Positions 18,731-28,297 of a DNA stretch of 64,000 bases are shown piece after piece. The position numbers were made by a program, and so were the translations under genes. Source of the stretch: Nitrospinales bacterium (GTDB lineage Bacteria > Nitrospinota > Nitrospinia > Nitrospinales > VA-1). The stretch's first letter is position 1. The number at the start of each line of letters is the position of its first letter. The notes beneath the pieces are model-generated. The model worked only from the letters and a program-made list of their open reading frames with translations. It did no database searches and had not been told where the DNA came from. The stretch is taken from contig CBDCXL010000002.1 in the NCBI GenBank assembly GCA_965223795.1, positions 1,632,001 through 1,696,000 of the forward strand, given 5' to 3'.

Positions 18731-19201
18731 CTAATGCCGGTGGCCGAACCGGCCCCGGATATGATGCCCTCTGTGGTGTCCGAAATTCCGATGATGCCCA
18801 AAGCCCCTGCGGAAATGATGGTGCCTGCGGTGATGGCCGAAGTTCCGGTGCAGGTGCGGACGATGATGATGTCGATGGTGATGATGGATTCCGTGGCGAT
18901 GCTTGTGACCGCCGTAGAAGCCGCCGTAGTATCCCCCGTAATGGGGCCGTCTGTGCAAACCGAAATAGTAATAGCCGTAAGGCCGATGACTTCTGAAATG
19001 ACGCTTGAATCCGTATCGGCCCCGGTAATGCACGGGCTGAACGACGTTACCATAGTGAGCGCCGGGTCCTGCAATGACGAATTCGACGGAGCTGTTGGGC
19101 GAGCTCACGACGATGCCGGTTTCCACTGTGTGTGCTTCCGCTTGAGCGCTCATCAAATAGACGGCAAAACCGGCTGTTAGGAAAAAGGCTGACTTTTTCA
19201 T
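18731..19201 (-). CDS. Secreted His/Arg/Gly/Tyr-rich low-complexity protein
   Basis: RBS GAGGAGG, signal peptide MKKSAFFLTAGFAVYLMSAQAEA, and HRNFGHHR-type repeats at the C-terminus. Confidence 0.75.
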   Translation of the reverse strand: MKKSAFFLTAGFAVYLMSAQAEAHTVETGIVVSSPNSSVEFVIAGPGAHYGNVVQPVHYRGRYGFKRHFRSHRPYGYYYFGLHRRPHYGGYYGGFYGGHKHRHGIHHHHRHHHRPHLHRNFGHHRRHHHFRRGFGHHRNFGHHRGHHIRGRFGHRH

Positions 19202-19485
19202 GTGAGGTCCTCCTCATGGGACAGAAGATTTCTGGCCTAAACGATTGCAAAACCCCCCAGTGGATTTTATAATTATATATAGATATAATTTTGATGTCAA
19301 TATTGATTTAAGTTTTTTTTGTAATTATACTAATGAGGGTGATTCTCAGTAAATGTTTTAAAATAATTGAGTTATCCTGGTCACAAGGCCTATCGGCAGT
19401 GAACCCACACCCATGAGCGACAGACCGGATGTTGTTATCCTACTGTGAACCCGATCGGTTTTGTTTGCTTTTTTAGAGTTTTCTC

Positions 19486-19914
19486 ATGTCCCTCAAGCTC
19501 AACATGAAACTGAAATACAATAAAGAGCAGCGGCGAGAATATCTGTTCATGATCGACCGGATCGGTGTGAACTGGCTGGACGTGTTTCAGGGCGATCCGG
19601 AATTTTATTCTGCGGCTTACTGGGATTTGCTCACGGCCATCTGGAAGAACGACAAGCCGGTCCGCAAGACGGATGCCTTGAAATTCATGCAGGCGATCAA
19701 AAGCGCCCAGACCGCGGGCAAGTATCTGGAGACCGCCATCGAAAAGGGGTTTTTGATCGAGCAGGACAATCCCAAAGACGCGCGGTCCAAACTGGTTGTG
19801 CTTTCCGATAACATGCGGCATCGACTGGATGAGTTTTTCGATCTTTCCGTGATGGAGTTGCGAAAAGCCAATCGGGCGGTCGCCGATAAAGGGCCTTTGC
19901 CGGAAGAGCCCTGA
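19486..19914 (+). CDS. MarR-like winged-helix protein
   Basis: KSAQTAGKYLETAIEKGFLIEQDNPKDARSKLVVLS resembles the MarR wing (DxRxK) motif. Confidence 0.65.
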   Translation: MSLKLNMKLKYNKEQRREYLFMIDRIGVNWLDVFQGDPEFYSAAYWDLLTAIWKNDKPVRKTDALKFMQAIKSAQTAGKYLETAIEKGFLIEQDNPKDARSKLVVLSDNMRHRLDEFFDLSVMELRKANRAVADKGPLPEEP

Positions 19915-19995
19915 CGCACACTCAACTTTCCCGTTTCAATCCTACTTCCGATTTGAGTTGATCGCATCCTGCCTGTCGCGCGATCCCACGGACGG

Positions 19996-21087
19996 TCAAT
20001 TTCCCGGATTCTGCTTACCATCCTTAAGAAACAGCGAGCCGGTCGGCGTTTTGAAAAAATCGTTGAGCGGGATGGCTTCCTGTTTCACAAAACCCTTTTC
20101 GGGAAGCTTGCCGTTCGCGGCCATGTTGATGATGGAACAGAGAGACGCCGCGGTGGTCCAGGAAATCGCCTTCCAGGAGACGCCTTCGATTTTGATGGGG
20201 TAGTAACTGCGGACGAATTCATCCCGGCTCAGATTGTTTTCTTTCCAGCCTTCTACGGCTGCGTGCACATAGACGACGTCGTCGTTCACCGGGGGTTTGG
20301 CGTTCACCAGGATTTTCCCCGCCTGATCCCGGTTTTCACGCATGTGCAGCTCGTCGAAAAAAAAACGCATCAGTTTGCAGTGTCCGGGGTAGCGGATGGT
20401 TTTGTAATTGAGATGCGTGACCTTGTTCTCAAATGTTTCGCACATGGTGCCCAGGCCGCCTGAGGTGGTGAACGCCTCCAGCTGCATCCCTTCGATCACG
20501 ATGGTTTCGAGACTTTCCATGGAGGGGACATTGGCTTTTTTGCCGTCGCGGATCACTTCGCAGTCGTTGAGGTATTCATTCACCACGCCTTCCGGTGACC
20601 AGTTGAAAGCGTACCCAAGCAGTCCACGGGGATGCTGCGGCAACGCCCCGACTCTGAGTTCGATGCTCCTCAGCTTGTCGAACTGCTTTGTCAGGTGGGC
20701 GCCGGCCAGGGCGATGAAACCGGGAGCCAGCCCGCATTGCGGGGCCATGATACCGCGCGACGTTTGCGACAGTTTTTTGATTTCTTCGGTGGTGGGCACA
20801 TCTTCCGTGAGGTCGAAGTAGTGGCAGCCGGCCGCATGCGCGAGTTTGGCCACGGAAATGTTGAGCCAGTAGGGGAGGCAGCTGGCCACGGCATCGTGCT
20901 CATTGAGTTTTTTTGAAAGAAAGCCTTCATCCGACACATCCCCCTGAATGGCGGTGAAGGCCAGTCCGCCGCCAAAGCTCTTGTCCATGCCGGTCACCTG
21001 AAACCCGTTCTGGTGGAGCAGCGTCGCGACCAGAGTTCCCACCTTCCCCAACCCGATCACCAGAACGGAATTGATTTTTTTCTGCAT
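19996..21087 (-). CDS. Saccharopine dehydrogenase family / lysine 6-dehydrogenase-like oxidoreductase
   Basis: Rossmann GLGKVG, HYFDLTED, QCGLAPG, NWSPEGVVNEY, EAFTTSGG, YKTIRYPGH. Confidence 0.85.
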   Translation of the reverse strand: MQKKINSVLVIGLGKVGTLVATLLHQNGFQVTGMDKSFGGGLAFTAIQGDVSDEGFLSKKLNEHDAVASCLPYWLNISVAKLAHAAGCHYFDLTEDVPTTEEIKKLSQTSRGIMAPQCGLAPGFIALAGAHLTKQFDKLRSIELRVGALPQHPRGLLGYAFNWSPEGVVNEYLNDCEVIRDGKKANVPSMESLETIVIEGMQLEAFTTSGGLGTMCETFENKVTHLNYKTIRYPGHCKLMRFFFDELHMRENRDQAGKILVNAKPPVNDDVVYVHAAVEGWKENNLSRDEFVRSYYPIKIEGVSWKAISWTTAASLCSIINMAANGKLPEKGFVKQEAIPLNDFFKTPTGSLFLKDGKQNPGN

Positions 21088-21240
21088 TCTCTCCTCCTCG
21101 CTAGCGGTTTCTGCCTCATTCTACAATGAAAGCAGCATCGGAACCCGGCTGGATTCGCAGGCCGCATGTTTTTGCTTTGCGTCCGGATTGTTGTGGAGTA
21201 AGCTCGAACTATGTAAAAGATTTACGAAGTCTTTCCTCAT

Positions 21241-21268
21241 AAAAACGTGTCCCGTCAACCGGGACACG
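21241..21268 (-). terminator. Intrinsic terminator with no annotated gene upstream
   Basis: 9-bp stem cgtgtcccg/cgggacacg with a 5-nt loop and T5 on the minus strand. Confidence 0.65.
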
Positions 21269-21773
21269 GTGGGTCGGTCTGTTCTCAATCTGCATGGCGT
21301 CGAACGGTCATTGATTGTGTTCGATGAGGCAACATTTTCTCATTTTGTTTTGTGGGCATTGGCCTTGCCAGTACGGACCATCCAAAATGATGAGCAGGCC
21401 CGTTTCCGCACCTCACCCTGATCCGCCTTTCTGATTTTGCTGGAGTTTGTCCTCCACGCGCTGCATTTTCACGATTTCATCAAACCGCAGCAATCTCAGC
21501 GTGCTTTACGGTGTTTTTCATTATTTCCTTTGTTTTCATTCGGCTGCGGGATGGATTGACCGGCCGATATCCATTTGCCGAAACAATGGGGCGCAGAAAA
21601 AGATTGCGTTCGGACAAGTTAACTTGTTGAAGGCAATTGCTTTAATTCCTGATTTCGTGGGGATGATATCGGAAGCCCGAACAGGCGTTATTTTTATTTG
21701 TGGGAGAAAGGTTCGCGATTGACATCGGCTTTAAAATATTAATAATTAATCTCTCCCCTAAATGAAATTTCCT

Positions 21774-21805
21774 TTGTGATCTAGATCACAAGTTGTTGTG
21801 ATCTA
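21774..21805. promoter_or_regulatory. CRP/FNR-family operator: perfect CRP consensus core plus a second half-site
   Basis: TTGTGATCTAGATCACAA at 21774-21791 is a perfect palindrome; TTGTGATCTA recurs 22 bp downstream at 21796-21805. Confidence 0.8.
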
Positions 21806-21872
21806 TTTCCTATTCGATTCTCAGATAGAATTTTAAGTTAATAAAAAATCATTTCGATTTTGACTTCTTGGG

Positions 21873-21895
21873 CCAAAATTAACAGTTAATTTTGG
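21873..21895. promoter_or_regulatory. Second operator-like palindrome upstream of the glycan operon
   Basis: CCAAAATTAAC-A-GTTAATTTTGG, a perfect 11-1-11 inverted repeat. Confidence 0.6.
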
Positions 21896-21941
21896 TGGGA
21901 GTGGTTTATCCACAATCAGTTAATCATGGAGAAGGTTAGTT

Positions 21942-24422
21942 ATGTCTCGCGCAAAAATGTCCAGTAAAACAGGGGCACGCCCGGAAGTAAGAGGCAAGTT
22001 TATTTTCCTGGGGGATCAAAAGCTTTGGATCCGGGGTGTTACCTATGGAACCTTCAGGCCCGGGGAGGACGGGACACAGTTTCCAAATCCTGAAACAGCA
22101 GAACGGGATTTCGCGGAAATGTCCGCAAACGGGATCAATGCGATCCGCGTTTACACGCATCCGCCGCAATGGCTTCTGGATCTGGCCTGGCGTTACTCTC
22201 TACGAGTGATGGTGGGCGTCTGGTGGCCGCAGAACGTTGCTTTTTTGGATGATAAGAAAAAGACGAAGCAGATCATCCAGGAGTGGCGCGAAGCGGTGCG
22301 TAAGTGCAATCAACATCCTGCAATACTCTGCTACTGCATCGGCAACGAAATATCCGCTTCGATCGTGCGCTGGTACGGACGCCATCGCATCGAAGCGTTC
22401 ATCGAACAGATGTACCTTGCCGGTAAAGCGGAAGATCCGAAAGGATTGTTCACGTACGTCAACTTCCCTTCCACCGAATACCTGCAACTGCCTTTTCTCG
22501 ACCTGGTCTGCTTCAATGTTTATCTGGAGACTCCTGAAAAATATAAAAGCTACCTGGCCCGGCTGCAGAACATTGCCGACGAGCGCCCGCTTGTGATCGC
22601 GGAATTGGGACTCGACAGCCGAACCAACGGCGAAGAGGTGCAGGCGCAAAGTCTCGACTGGCAGGTGCGCGCGACCTACGCTTCCGGCTGCGCCGGAGCG
22701 TTCGTGTTTGCCTGGACCGATGAATGGCACTGCGGCGGGGCGGACATCGAGGATTGGGATTTCGGCCTCATAACCCGTGATAGACAACCGAAGCCGGCCC
22801 TGGCAACCGTGCGGCGGGCGTTCGATGAAGTCAGCTTTCAGCCCAATCTGCCCTGGCCGCGTATTTCCGTGGTGGTGTGCAGTCTCAACGGCGCGCGAAC
22901 CATTCGCGACACGATGGAAGGCCTCAAAAATCTGGAATATCCAGATTATGAAGTCATTGTGGTGAACGACGGATCGACCGACGCCACCCCGGACATCGCC
23001 AGCGAATATGATGTGCGGCTGATCAGCACGGAAAACCGCGGTTTGAGCAACGCGCGCAACACCGGCCTGGAAATGGCGACCGGTGAGATCGTCGCCTACA
23101 TCGACGACGACGCGTATCCCGACCCGCACTGGTTGAAGTATCTGGCGACGACGTTCATGACGACGTCCTACGTCGGCGTCGGCGGACCGAACATCGCGCC
23201 GCCGGGAGACGGGGTGATCGCCGATTGCGTGGCCAACGCACCCGGCGGACCCACGCACGTTCTTTTATCGGATCAGGAAGCGGAACACATTCCCGGCTGC
23301 AACAAGGCGTTTCGCAAGGAAGCCTTGGAGGCGATCGGCGGGTTCGATCCGCGATACCGCGCTGCGGGCGACGATGTGGACATCTGCTGGCGGCTGCAGG
23401 ACAAGGGATGGAAGATCGGCTTCAACGCCGCGGCGGTGGTCTGGCACCATTGCCGCAATTCGGTTAAAACCTACTGGAAGCAGCAGCAGGGCTACGGCAA
23501 AGCCGAGGCGTTGCTGGAAGAGAAATGGCCGGAAAAATACAGCGCCGCGGGCCACCTTTCCTGGTCGGGGCGCATCTACGGCAAGGGGCTCACGCAGCCG
23601 GTGAGCGGCGGCAACTGGAGGGTGTATCAGGGGACCTGGGGGTCGGCGTTGTTTCAGTCGCTGTATCAAACCGCGCCGGGAACGATTCTCTCTTTGCCTT
23701 TGATGCCGGAATGGTATCTCATGGTCGTCCTGTTTTCCGTACTTTCTTTCATCGGCATCTGGTGGCCGCCGCTGCTGTTCGCCCTGCCCCTGGCGGTCGT
23801 GTCCTTCATCATTCCGGTGATCCAGGCCGTACGCAGTGCAAGGCGCGCTTCTTTTCCGACGCCGTCGTCGTCACGCTGGGAACAGTTTAAAAAATACAGC
23901 GTGACCGCGGCCCTGCATCTCATTCAGCCCATGGCCCGCCTCATCGGCCGGCTGCGTTTCGGGTTGACGCCTTGGCGCATCCGCGGGGTGTCCGGATTCC
24001 TCGTGCCCTGGCGGCGTGTGCATTCGATCTGGAGCGAGACCTGGAACGCGCCGCAGACGCTGCTCACTTCTGTCGAGAGTTCGCTACGCAAGCAGAACGC
24101 GCCGGTGTTCCGCGGCGGCAATTTCAATCCCTGGGACCTGGAAATCCGCGGCGGGCTCTGCGGTTCGGTGCGCATGCTCATGGCGATCGAGGAACACGGC
24201 TGGGGCAAGCAGATGATCCGTTTCCGCTCCTGGCCCAAATGCTCGAAACTGGCTCTGGGACTTTCGATCCTGTTCGGACTGCTCACCGTGTGGGCCGGGC
24301 TGGACGGCGCCTGGGGCGCCTGCATTCTGCTCGGCTTGATCACGCTGGGCATCGTGCTGCGCATGTTCCGTGAATGCGCGCATGCCGCGGCGACGCTCCT
24401 TTACACCTTGAAGCAGAGCTGA
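21942..24422 (+). CDS. Fusion of a clan GH-A (GH2-like TIM barrel) glycosidase domain, a GT2 glycosyltransferase and C-terminal TMs
   Basis: GINAIRVY, IGNEI, LVIAELG and FAWTDEW in the N-terminal part; VVNDGSTD, GLSNARN, YIDDDA, GCN, GGFD and GDDVD in the GT2 part. Confidence 0.85.
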   Translation: MSRAKMSSKTGARPEVRGKFIFLGDQKLWIRGVTYGTFRPGEDGTQFPNPETAERDFAEMSANGINAIRVYTHPPQWLLDLAWRYSLRVMVGVWWPQNVAFLDDKKKTKQIIQEWREAVRKCNQHPAILCYCIGNEISASIVRWYGRHRIEAFIEQMYLAGKAEDPKGLFTYVNFPSTEYLQLPFLDLVCFNVYLETPEKYKSYLARLQNIADERPLVIAELGLDSRTNGEEVQAQSLDWQVRATYASGCAGAFVFAWTDEWHCGGADIEDWDFGLITRDRQPKPALATVRRAFDEVSFQPNLPWPRISVVVCSLNGARTIRDTMEGLKNLEYPDYEVIVVNDGSTDATPDIASEYDVRLISTENRGLSNARNTGLEMATGEIVAYIDDDAYPDPHWLKYLATTFMTTSYVGVGGPNIAPPGDGVIADCVANAPGGPTHVLLSDQEAEHIPGCNKAFRKEALEAIGGFDPRYRAAGDDVDICWRLQDKGWKIGFNAAAVVWHHCRNSVKTYWKQQQGYGKAEALLEEKWPEKYSAAGHLSWSGRIYGKGLTQPVSGGNWRVYQGTWGSALFQSLYQTAPGTILSLPLMPEWYLMVVLFSVLSFIGIWWPPLLFALPLAVVSFIIPVIQAVRSARRASFPTPSSSRWEQFKKYSVTAALHLIQPMARLIGRLRFGLTPWRIRGVSGFLVPWRRVHSIWSETWNAPQTLLTSVESSLRKQNAPVFRGGNFNPWDLEIRGGLCGSVRMLMAIEEHGWGKQMIRFRSWPKCSKLALGLSILFGLLTVWAGLDGAWGACILLGLITLGIVLRMFRECAHAAATLLYTLKQS

Positions 24423-24432
24423 CGGCGCGGAC

Positions 24433-26205
24433 ATGCTCGTGAAAAAATATTCCGACATTCTGGTGTTTCGCCGTATTTTCGCGCAGGCGCGGCCTTACTG
24501 GCCGCAGCTTGCGGCGATCTTTTTTCTAGGACTGCTGTCGGCTCCATTGGCGCTGCTTCTGCCGGTGCCGCTCAAGATCGCGGTCGACAGTGTGCTCGGC
24601 ACGGCGCCCATGCCGGAGGTTCTCGGTTTTTTCATTCCCGACGGAATCGAAAATTCCACTGCCGCGCTGCTCGTTCTGGTCGTGGTTCTGCAGATCCTGG
24701 TGGTGCTCGTCTACCATTTGCATTCGCTGGGCAGTTACGTTTTCCAGACTTATATTGGCGAACGCATGACGCTCAATTTCCGCGAGAGTCTGTTCCGTCA
24801 TCTGCAGCGGCTCTCGTTTTTGTTCCACGATTCCAGAGGAACCGCGGATTCCATCTACCGTATCCAGTACGACGCGCCTTCCATTCAGTACCTGACCATC
24901 TTCGGCCTGATCCCCTTCGTGTCGGCGGTGGCGATGCTGGTGGCGATGATCTACGTGACGGCGATGATTAGCCTGCAACTGGCGCTCATCGCTCTTGGCG
25001 TCTGCCCGTTTCTGTTTGTGATGTGCCATTTGTACAACCTGCGGATGCGCGACCGGTACAGCGACTTTAAAAATATGGAAAGCCGCGTTCTCAACATCGT
25101 GCAGGAAGTGATGAGCGCGGTGCGGGTGGTGAAGGCGTTCGGCCGGGAAAAATGCGAAGAGAAACGGTTCGTCCAGCAGTCGCAGAAAACCCTGAACGCG
25201 CGGGTGAAGCTGTCGTTCGCCGAAGGCATGCTGGGGCTCATCGTCAACCTTGTGATCGGCGGCGGCACCGCGGCGGTGCTGTTCATCGGCGTGCGCAGCG
25301 TGCAGTCGGGAGCGTTGACACTGGGGGAGCTGCTTTTGGTGATGGCCTACATCACGCAGCTTTACGGACCCTTAGAGACCATCAGCAACAACGTGGCGAA
25401 GCTGCAGGACTCGCTGGCGAGCGCGCGACGCGCCTTCGACCTGATGGATGAAATTCCGGATGTGACCGAGCGGCCGCAGGCCTTGCCGCTCAAGCGCGCC
25501 CGGGGCGAAGTGGAACTGCACGACGTTTCCTTTCATTACAACGGCGGACCCAAAGTTTTGGACACCGTGTCGTTTAAGGTTCCGGCCGGAACAAGGGTGG
25601 GAATCGTCGGGCCGACGGGGGTCGGCAAGACCACGCTGGTGAGCCTTTTGACGCGTTTTTACGATCCGGTCAGCGGTCAGATTCTGCTCGATGGGGAAGA
25701 CCTGCGCAACTTCAAGATCGCGGATCTGCGCAATCAGTTTTCCATCGTGCTGCAGGAGCCGGTGCTGTTTTCCACGACGATCGAGGAGAACATCGCCTAC
25801 GGACGGCCGCAGGCGAGCAAAAGCGAGATCATCGCCGCTGCGGAAGCGGCCAACGCGCACGCATTCATCACAAAGCTCGACGAAGGTTACCAGACTCTGG
25901 TGGGCGAGCGGGGCATGCGCCTCTCGGGCGGGGAAAGGCAACGGATCGCTCTGGCGCGGGCGTTTCTCAAAGACGCGCCGCTGCTCATTCTCGATGAGCC
26001 GACCAGCTCGGTCGACAACCGGACGGAAGCGGGCATCATGCAGGCGGTCGAACACCTGATGCAAGACCGCACCACGTTCATGATCGCGCACCGCCTGAGC
26101 ACGCTCGATAGCTGCGACCTGCTGATCGAAATCCGTCCCGGCGGAACCTTAAAACTGCATTCAGAGGTTTCCGTTCCGCTGGATGAGGGAGATCCTGTGG
26201 CCTGA
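24433..26205 (+). CDS. ABC exporter, fused TMD-NBD (MsbA/NdvA-like)
   Basis: Membrane domain, Walker A GPTGVGKT, LSGGERQR, ILDEPTS, IAHRLST. Confidence 0.92.
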   Translation: MLVKKYSDILVFRRIFAQARPYWPQLAAIFFLGLLSAPLALLLPVPLKIAVDSVLGTAPMPEVLGFFIPDGIENSTAALLVLVVVLQILVVLVYHLHSLGSYVFQTYIGERMTLNFRESLFRHLQRLSFLFHDSRGTADSIYRIQYDAPSIQYLTIFGLIPFVSAVAMLVAMIYVTAMISLQLALIALGVCPFLFVMCHLYNLRMRDRYSDFKNMESRVLNIVQEVMSAVRVVKAFGREKCEEKRFVQQSQKTLNARVKLSFAEGMLGLIVNLVIGGGTAAVLFIGVRSVQSGALTLGELLLVMAYITQLYGPLETISNNVAKLQDSLASARRAFDLMDEIPDVTERPQALPLKRARGEVELHDVSFHYNGGPKVLDTVSFKVPAGTRVGIVGPTGVGKTTLVSLLTRFYDPVSGQILLDGEDLRNFKIADLRNQFSIVLQEPVLFSTTIEENIAYGRPQASKSEIIAAAEAANAHAFITKLDEGYQTLVGERGMRLSGGERQRIALARAFLKDAPLLILDEPTSSVDNRTEAGIMQAVEHLMQDRTTFMIAHRLSTLDSCDLLIEIRPGGTLKLHSEVSVPLDEGDPVA

Positions 26206-26242
26206 TGGAAACTTCACGACAGGGGTATTTCAGGTACGACTC

Positions 26243-27451
26243 ATGAAACGCAACGAAACCTATCCCAAAGCGGACCGGGGAAAAATCATCGTCTGGGGTT
26301 TTCTCGCGTCCTACCCGTTCGGCGGGATGACCTGGCAGGTGCTGCATCACCTGGTGGGATTCCGGCGTCTCGGGTTCGATGTGTGGTACGTGGAGGATTC
26401 CAACAATCTGATCTTCGATCCGGACACCTGGAACCCCGTCGAGGATCCGCTGATCAACCTGAAATACCTCAAAGAAAAAATGGCGGAAATCGGATTCGAG
26501 GACCGCTGGGCGTTTCGTCCGCCCAAATACAACTCCGACGTTCCCGAAGAGACCTGTTACGGCGCCCTCGACCTTGAAGAATTGAAAAATCTGTATAAGG
26601 AGGTCGATGCGGTCTTCAACCTGTGCGGGTCGCATCATCTGCGGCCGGATCAGGAAGGCATTCGATGCCTCGCGTATCTGCAGACGGACCCGGTGGTGCC
26701 GCAGATCCAGGTCGCGGAAGGAAACCGGGAGATCATACGCGAGTTCGACGCTTACGACTATCTGTTCACCTACGGCGAAAATCTGGGCAATCCGGATTGC
26801 CTCGTGCCGGTGGACAAGCACGAGTGGCTGCCCACGCGGCCTCCGGTCTGCCTGGACTGGTGGGACTGCAACGGATCGCCCAAGCCTCAGCAAAAACTCA
26901 CCACCATTTCGAACTGGCGCAATCTTGGCAAAGACGTGGTGTGGAAGGGGGAAACGTATTTCTGGAGGAAGGATCTCGAGTTCAAGCGGTTCGCCGATCT
27001 GCCGGTGAAATCCGCTCTGAAAATCGAGCTGGCGCTGGAAGGCATCAAGGACAAGGAAGCCGAATGGATGCGGCAGAAGGGGTGGGACATTGTTTCCGCG
27101 CGCGGCATGCGCGAGCCCGCCGATTACCGCGACTACATTCGCACCTCTTCGGGGGAGTTCACGGTCGCGAAAGACCAGAACATCCGGCTGCGCAGCGGCT
27201 GGTTCAGCGACCGCAGCGTCTGCTACCTGGCTGCGGGCAGGCCGGTCATTTCGCAGGACACGGCGTTTAATAAATTCATCCCGACCGGAGAAGGGCTGTT
27301 TTCCTTTTCTAAAATGGACGACATCGTGGACGCCGTGCAAGCGATCCAGTCCGATTACGCCAGGCAAAGCCGGGCCGCCAAAGAGATCGCGCATGAGTAT
27401 TTCAGCACTGACAAGGTTCTGGGAAAGGTGCTGGATGTGATGGGGTTGTAG
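26243..27451 (+). CDS. Putative GT-B-type glycosyltransferase of unassigned family
   Basis: GGMTWQVLHHLVGFRRLGFDVWYVED N-terminus and SGWFSDRSVCYLAAGRPVISQDT C-terminal GT-B-like segment; operon context. Start set at ATG 26243. Confidence 0.6.
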   Translation: MKRNETYPKADRGKIIVWGFLASYPFGGMTWQVLHHLVGFRRLGFDVWYVEDSNNLIFDPDTWNPVEDPLINLKYLKEKMAEIGFEDRWAFRPPKYNSDVPEETCYGALDLEELKNLYKEVDAVFNLCGSHHLRPDQEGIRCLAYLQTDPVVPQIQVAEGNREIIREFDAYDYLFTYGENLGNPDCLVPVDKHEWLPTRPPVCLDWWDCNGSPKPQQKLTTISNWRNLGKDVVWKGETYFWRKDLEFKRFADLPVKSALKIELALEGIKDKEAEWMRQKGWDIVSARGMREPADYRDYIRTSSGEFTVAKDQNIRLRSGWFSDRSVCYLAAGRPVISQDTAFNKFIPTGEGLFSFSKMDDIVDAVQAIQSDYARQSRAAKEIAHEYFSTDKVLGKVLDVMGL

Positions 27452-27457
27452 CAGGGA

Positions 27458-28168
27458 ATGACGCAAAAACGACGGGTGATCGTGAACGCCGATGATTTCG
27501 GCCTGAGCCCTTCGGTGAATCGAGGGATCATCGAATCCTACGAGCGGGGCATCGTGAGCAGCGCCAGCCTCATGGTGCGCTGGCCGGCGGCAATGGAGGC
27601 GGCGGCCTACGCCAGAAGACATGCGGATCTCTGCCTGGGAATCCATGTGGATCTGCAGGAGGCGGTGTATCGCAATGGCAGGTGGTCCGTGCTGTACAGA
27701 GTGGTTCCCTGGCGAGACCGGCAGGCGGTGCGAAAAGAAGTGGCCCGGCAGATCGAGCTGTTTCGCCGGTTTGTGGGCCGGGACCCCTCACACATCGATT
27801 CGCACCAGCACATCCACCTGCTCGAACCGGTTCGGTCCATCCTCATTGAAACGGCGAACACTCTTGGAGTTCCCATCCGGCACTTCAGTGCAAAAATCCG
27901 GTACTGCGGGAAATTTTACGGAAAGTCCAGCCAGGGTGGACGCGTCGCGCATGGCATTCGCAGGAACAATTTGCTCAGAATCCTCAGTTCCCTGCCGCCC
28001 GGATTGACGGAACTCGCCTGCCACCCCGGCAAGGGAGCGGGACTGCGTAAATTGAAAACGGTGTATCGATTCGAACGCGAACAGGAACTCAAGGTGTTGT
28101 GCGACTCCCGCGTGGCTTCCGCGCTGAAGCAAATGGGAATCGAGATCACATCGTTCCGTTCTGTTTAG
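27458..28168 (+). CDS. YdjC/ChbG/HpnK-family carbohydrate deacetylase
   Basis: IVNADDFG, LGIHVDL, SHIDSHQHIH, ELACHPG. Confidence 0.92.
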   Translation: MTQKRRVIVNADDFGLSPSVNRGIIESYERGIVSSASLMVRWPAAMEAAAYARRHADLCLGIHVDLQEAVYRNGRWSVLYRVVPWRDRQAVRKEVARQIELFRRFVGRDPSHIDSHQHIHLLEPVRSILIETANTLGVPIRHFSAKIRYCGKFYGKSSQGGRVAHGIRRNNLLRILSSLPPGLTELACHPGKGAGLRKLKTVYRFEREQELKVLCDSRVASALKQMGIEITSFRSV

Positions 28169-28297
28169 ATTCTGACTGAGAATTCTTTCCCGCAGCCGAA
28201 ACACCAAAGCTTGCCTGCATTAAATTCAAAATGATCTTCAATTCAGCGTGAAGTCTGCATGAATGGATTGAGACTCGCTCGCTGACAAGGAGGCCGT

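Noticed and set aside
18686..19180. Met-rich plus-strand ORF
   Set aside because: Antisense shadow of the His codons; the minus-strand ORF has an RBS and a signal peptide.
19233..19249. sigma54 promoter TGGC...TTGCA
   Set aside because: Spacing is one base too long for a -24/-12 element.
21270..21420. Lysine riboswitch upstream of the saccharopine/lysine dehydrogenase
   Set aside because: Only a GAGGTGCG fragment matches on the minus strand; the other conserved blocks are not recognisable.
21270..21700. CsrB-like sRNA
   Set aside because: GGA motifs are not clearly more frequent than chance and are not in repeated hairpin loops.
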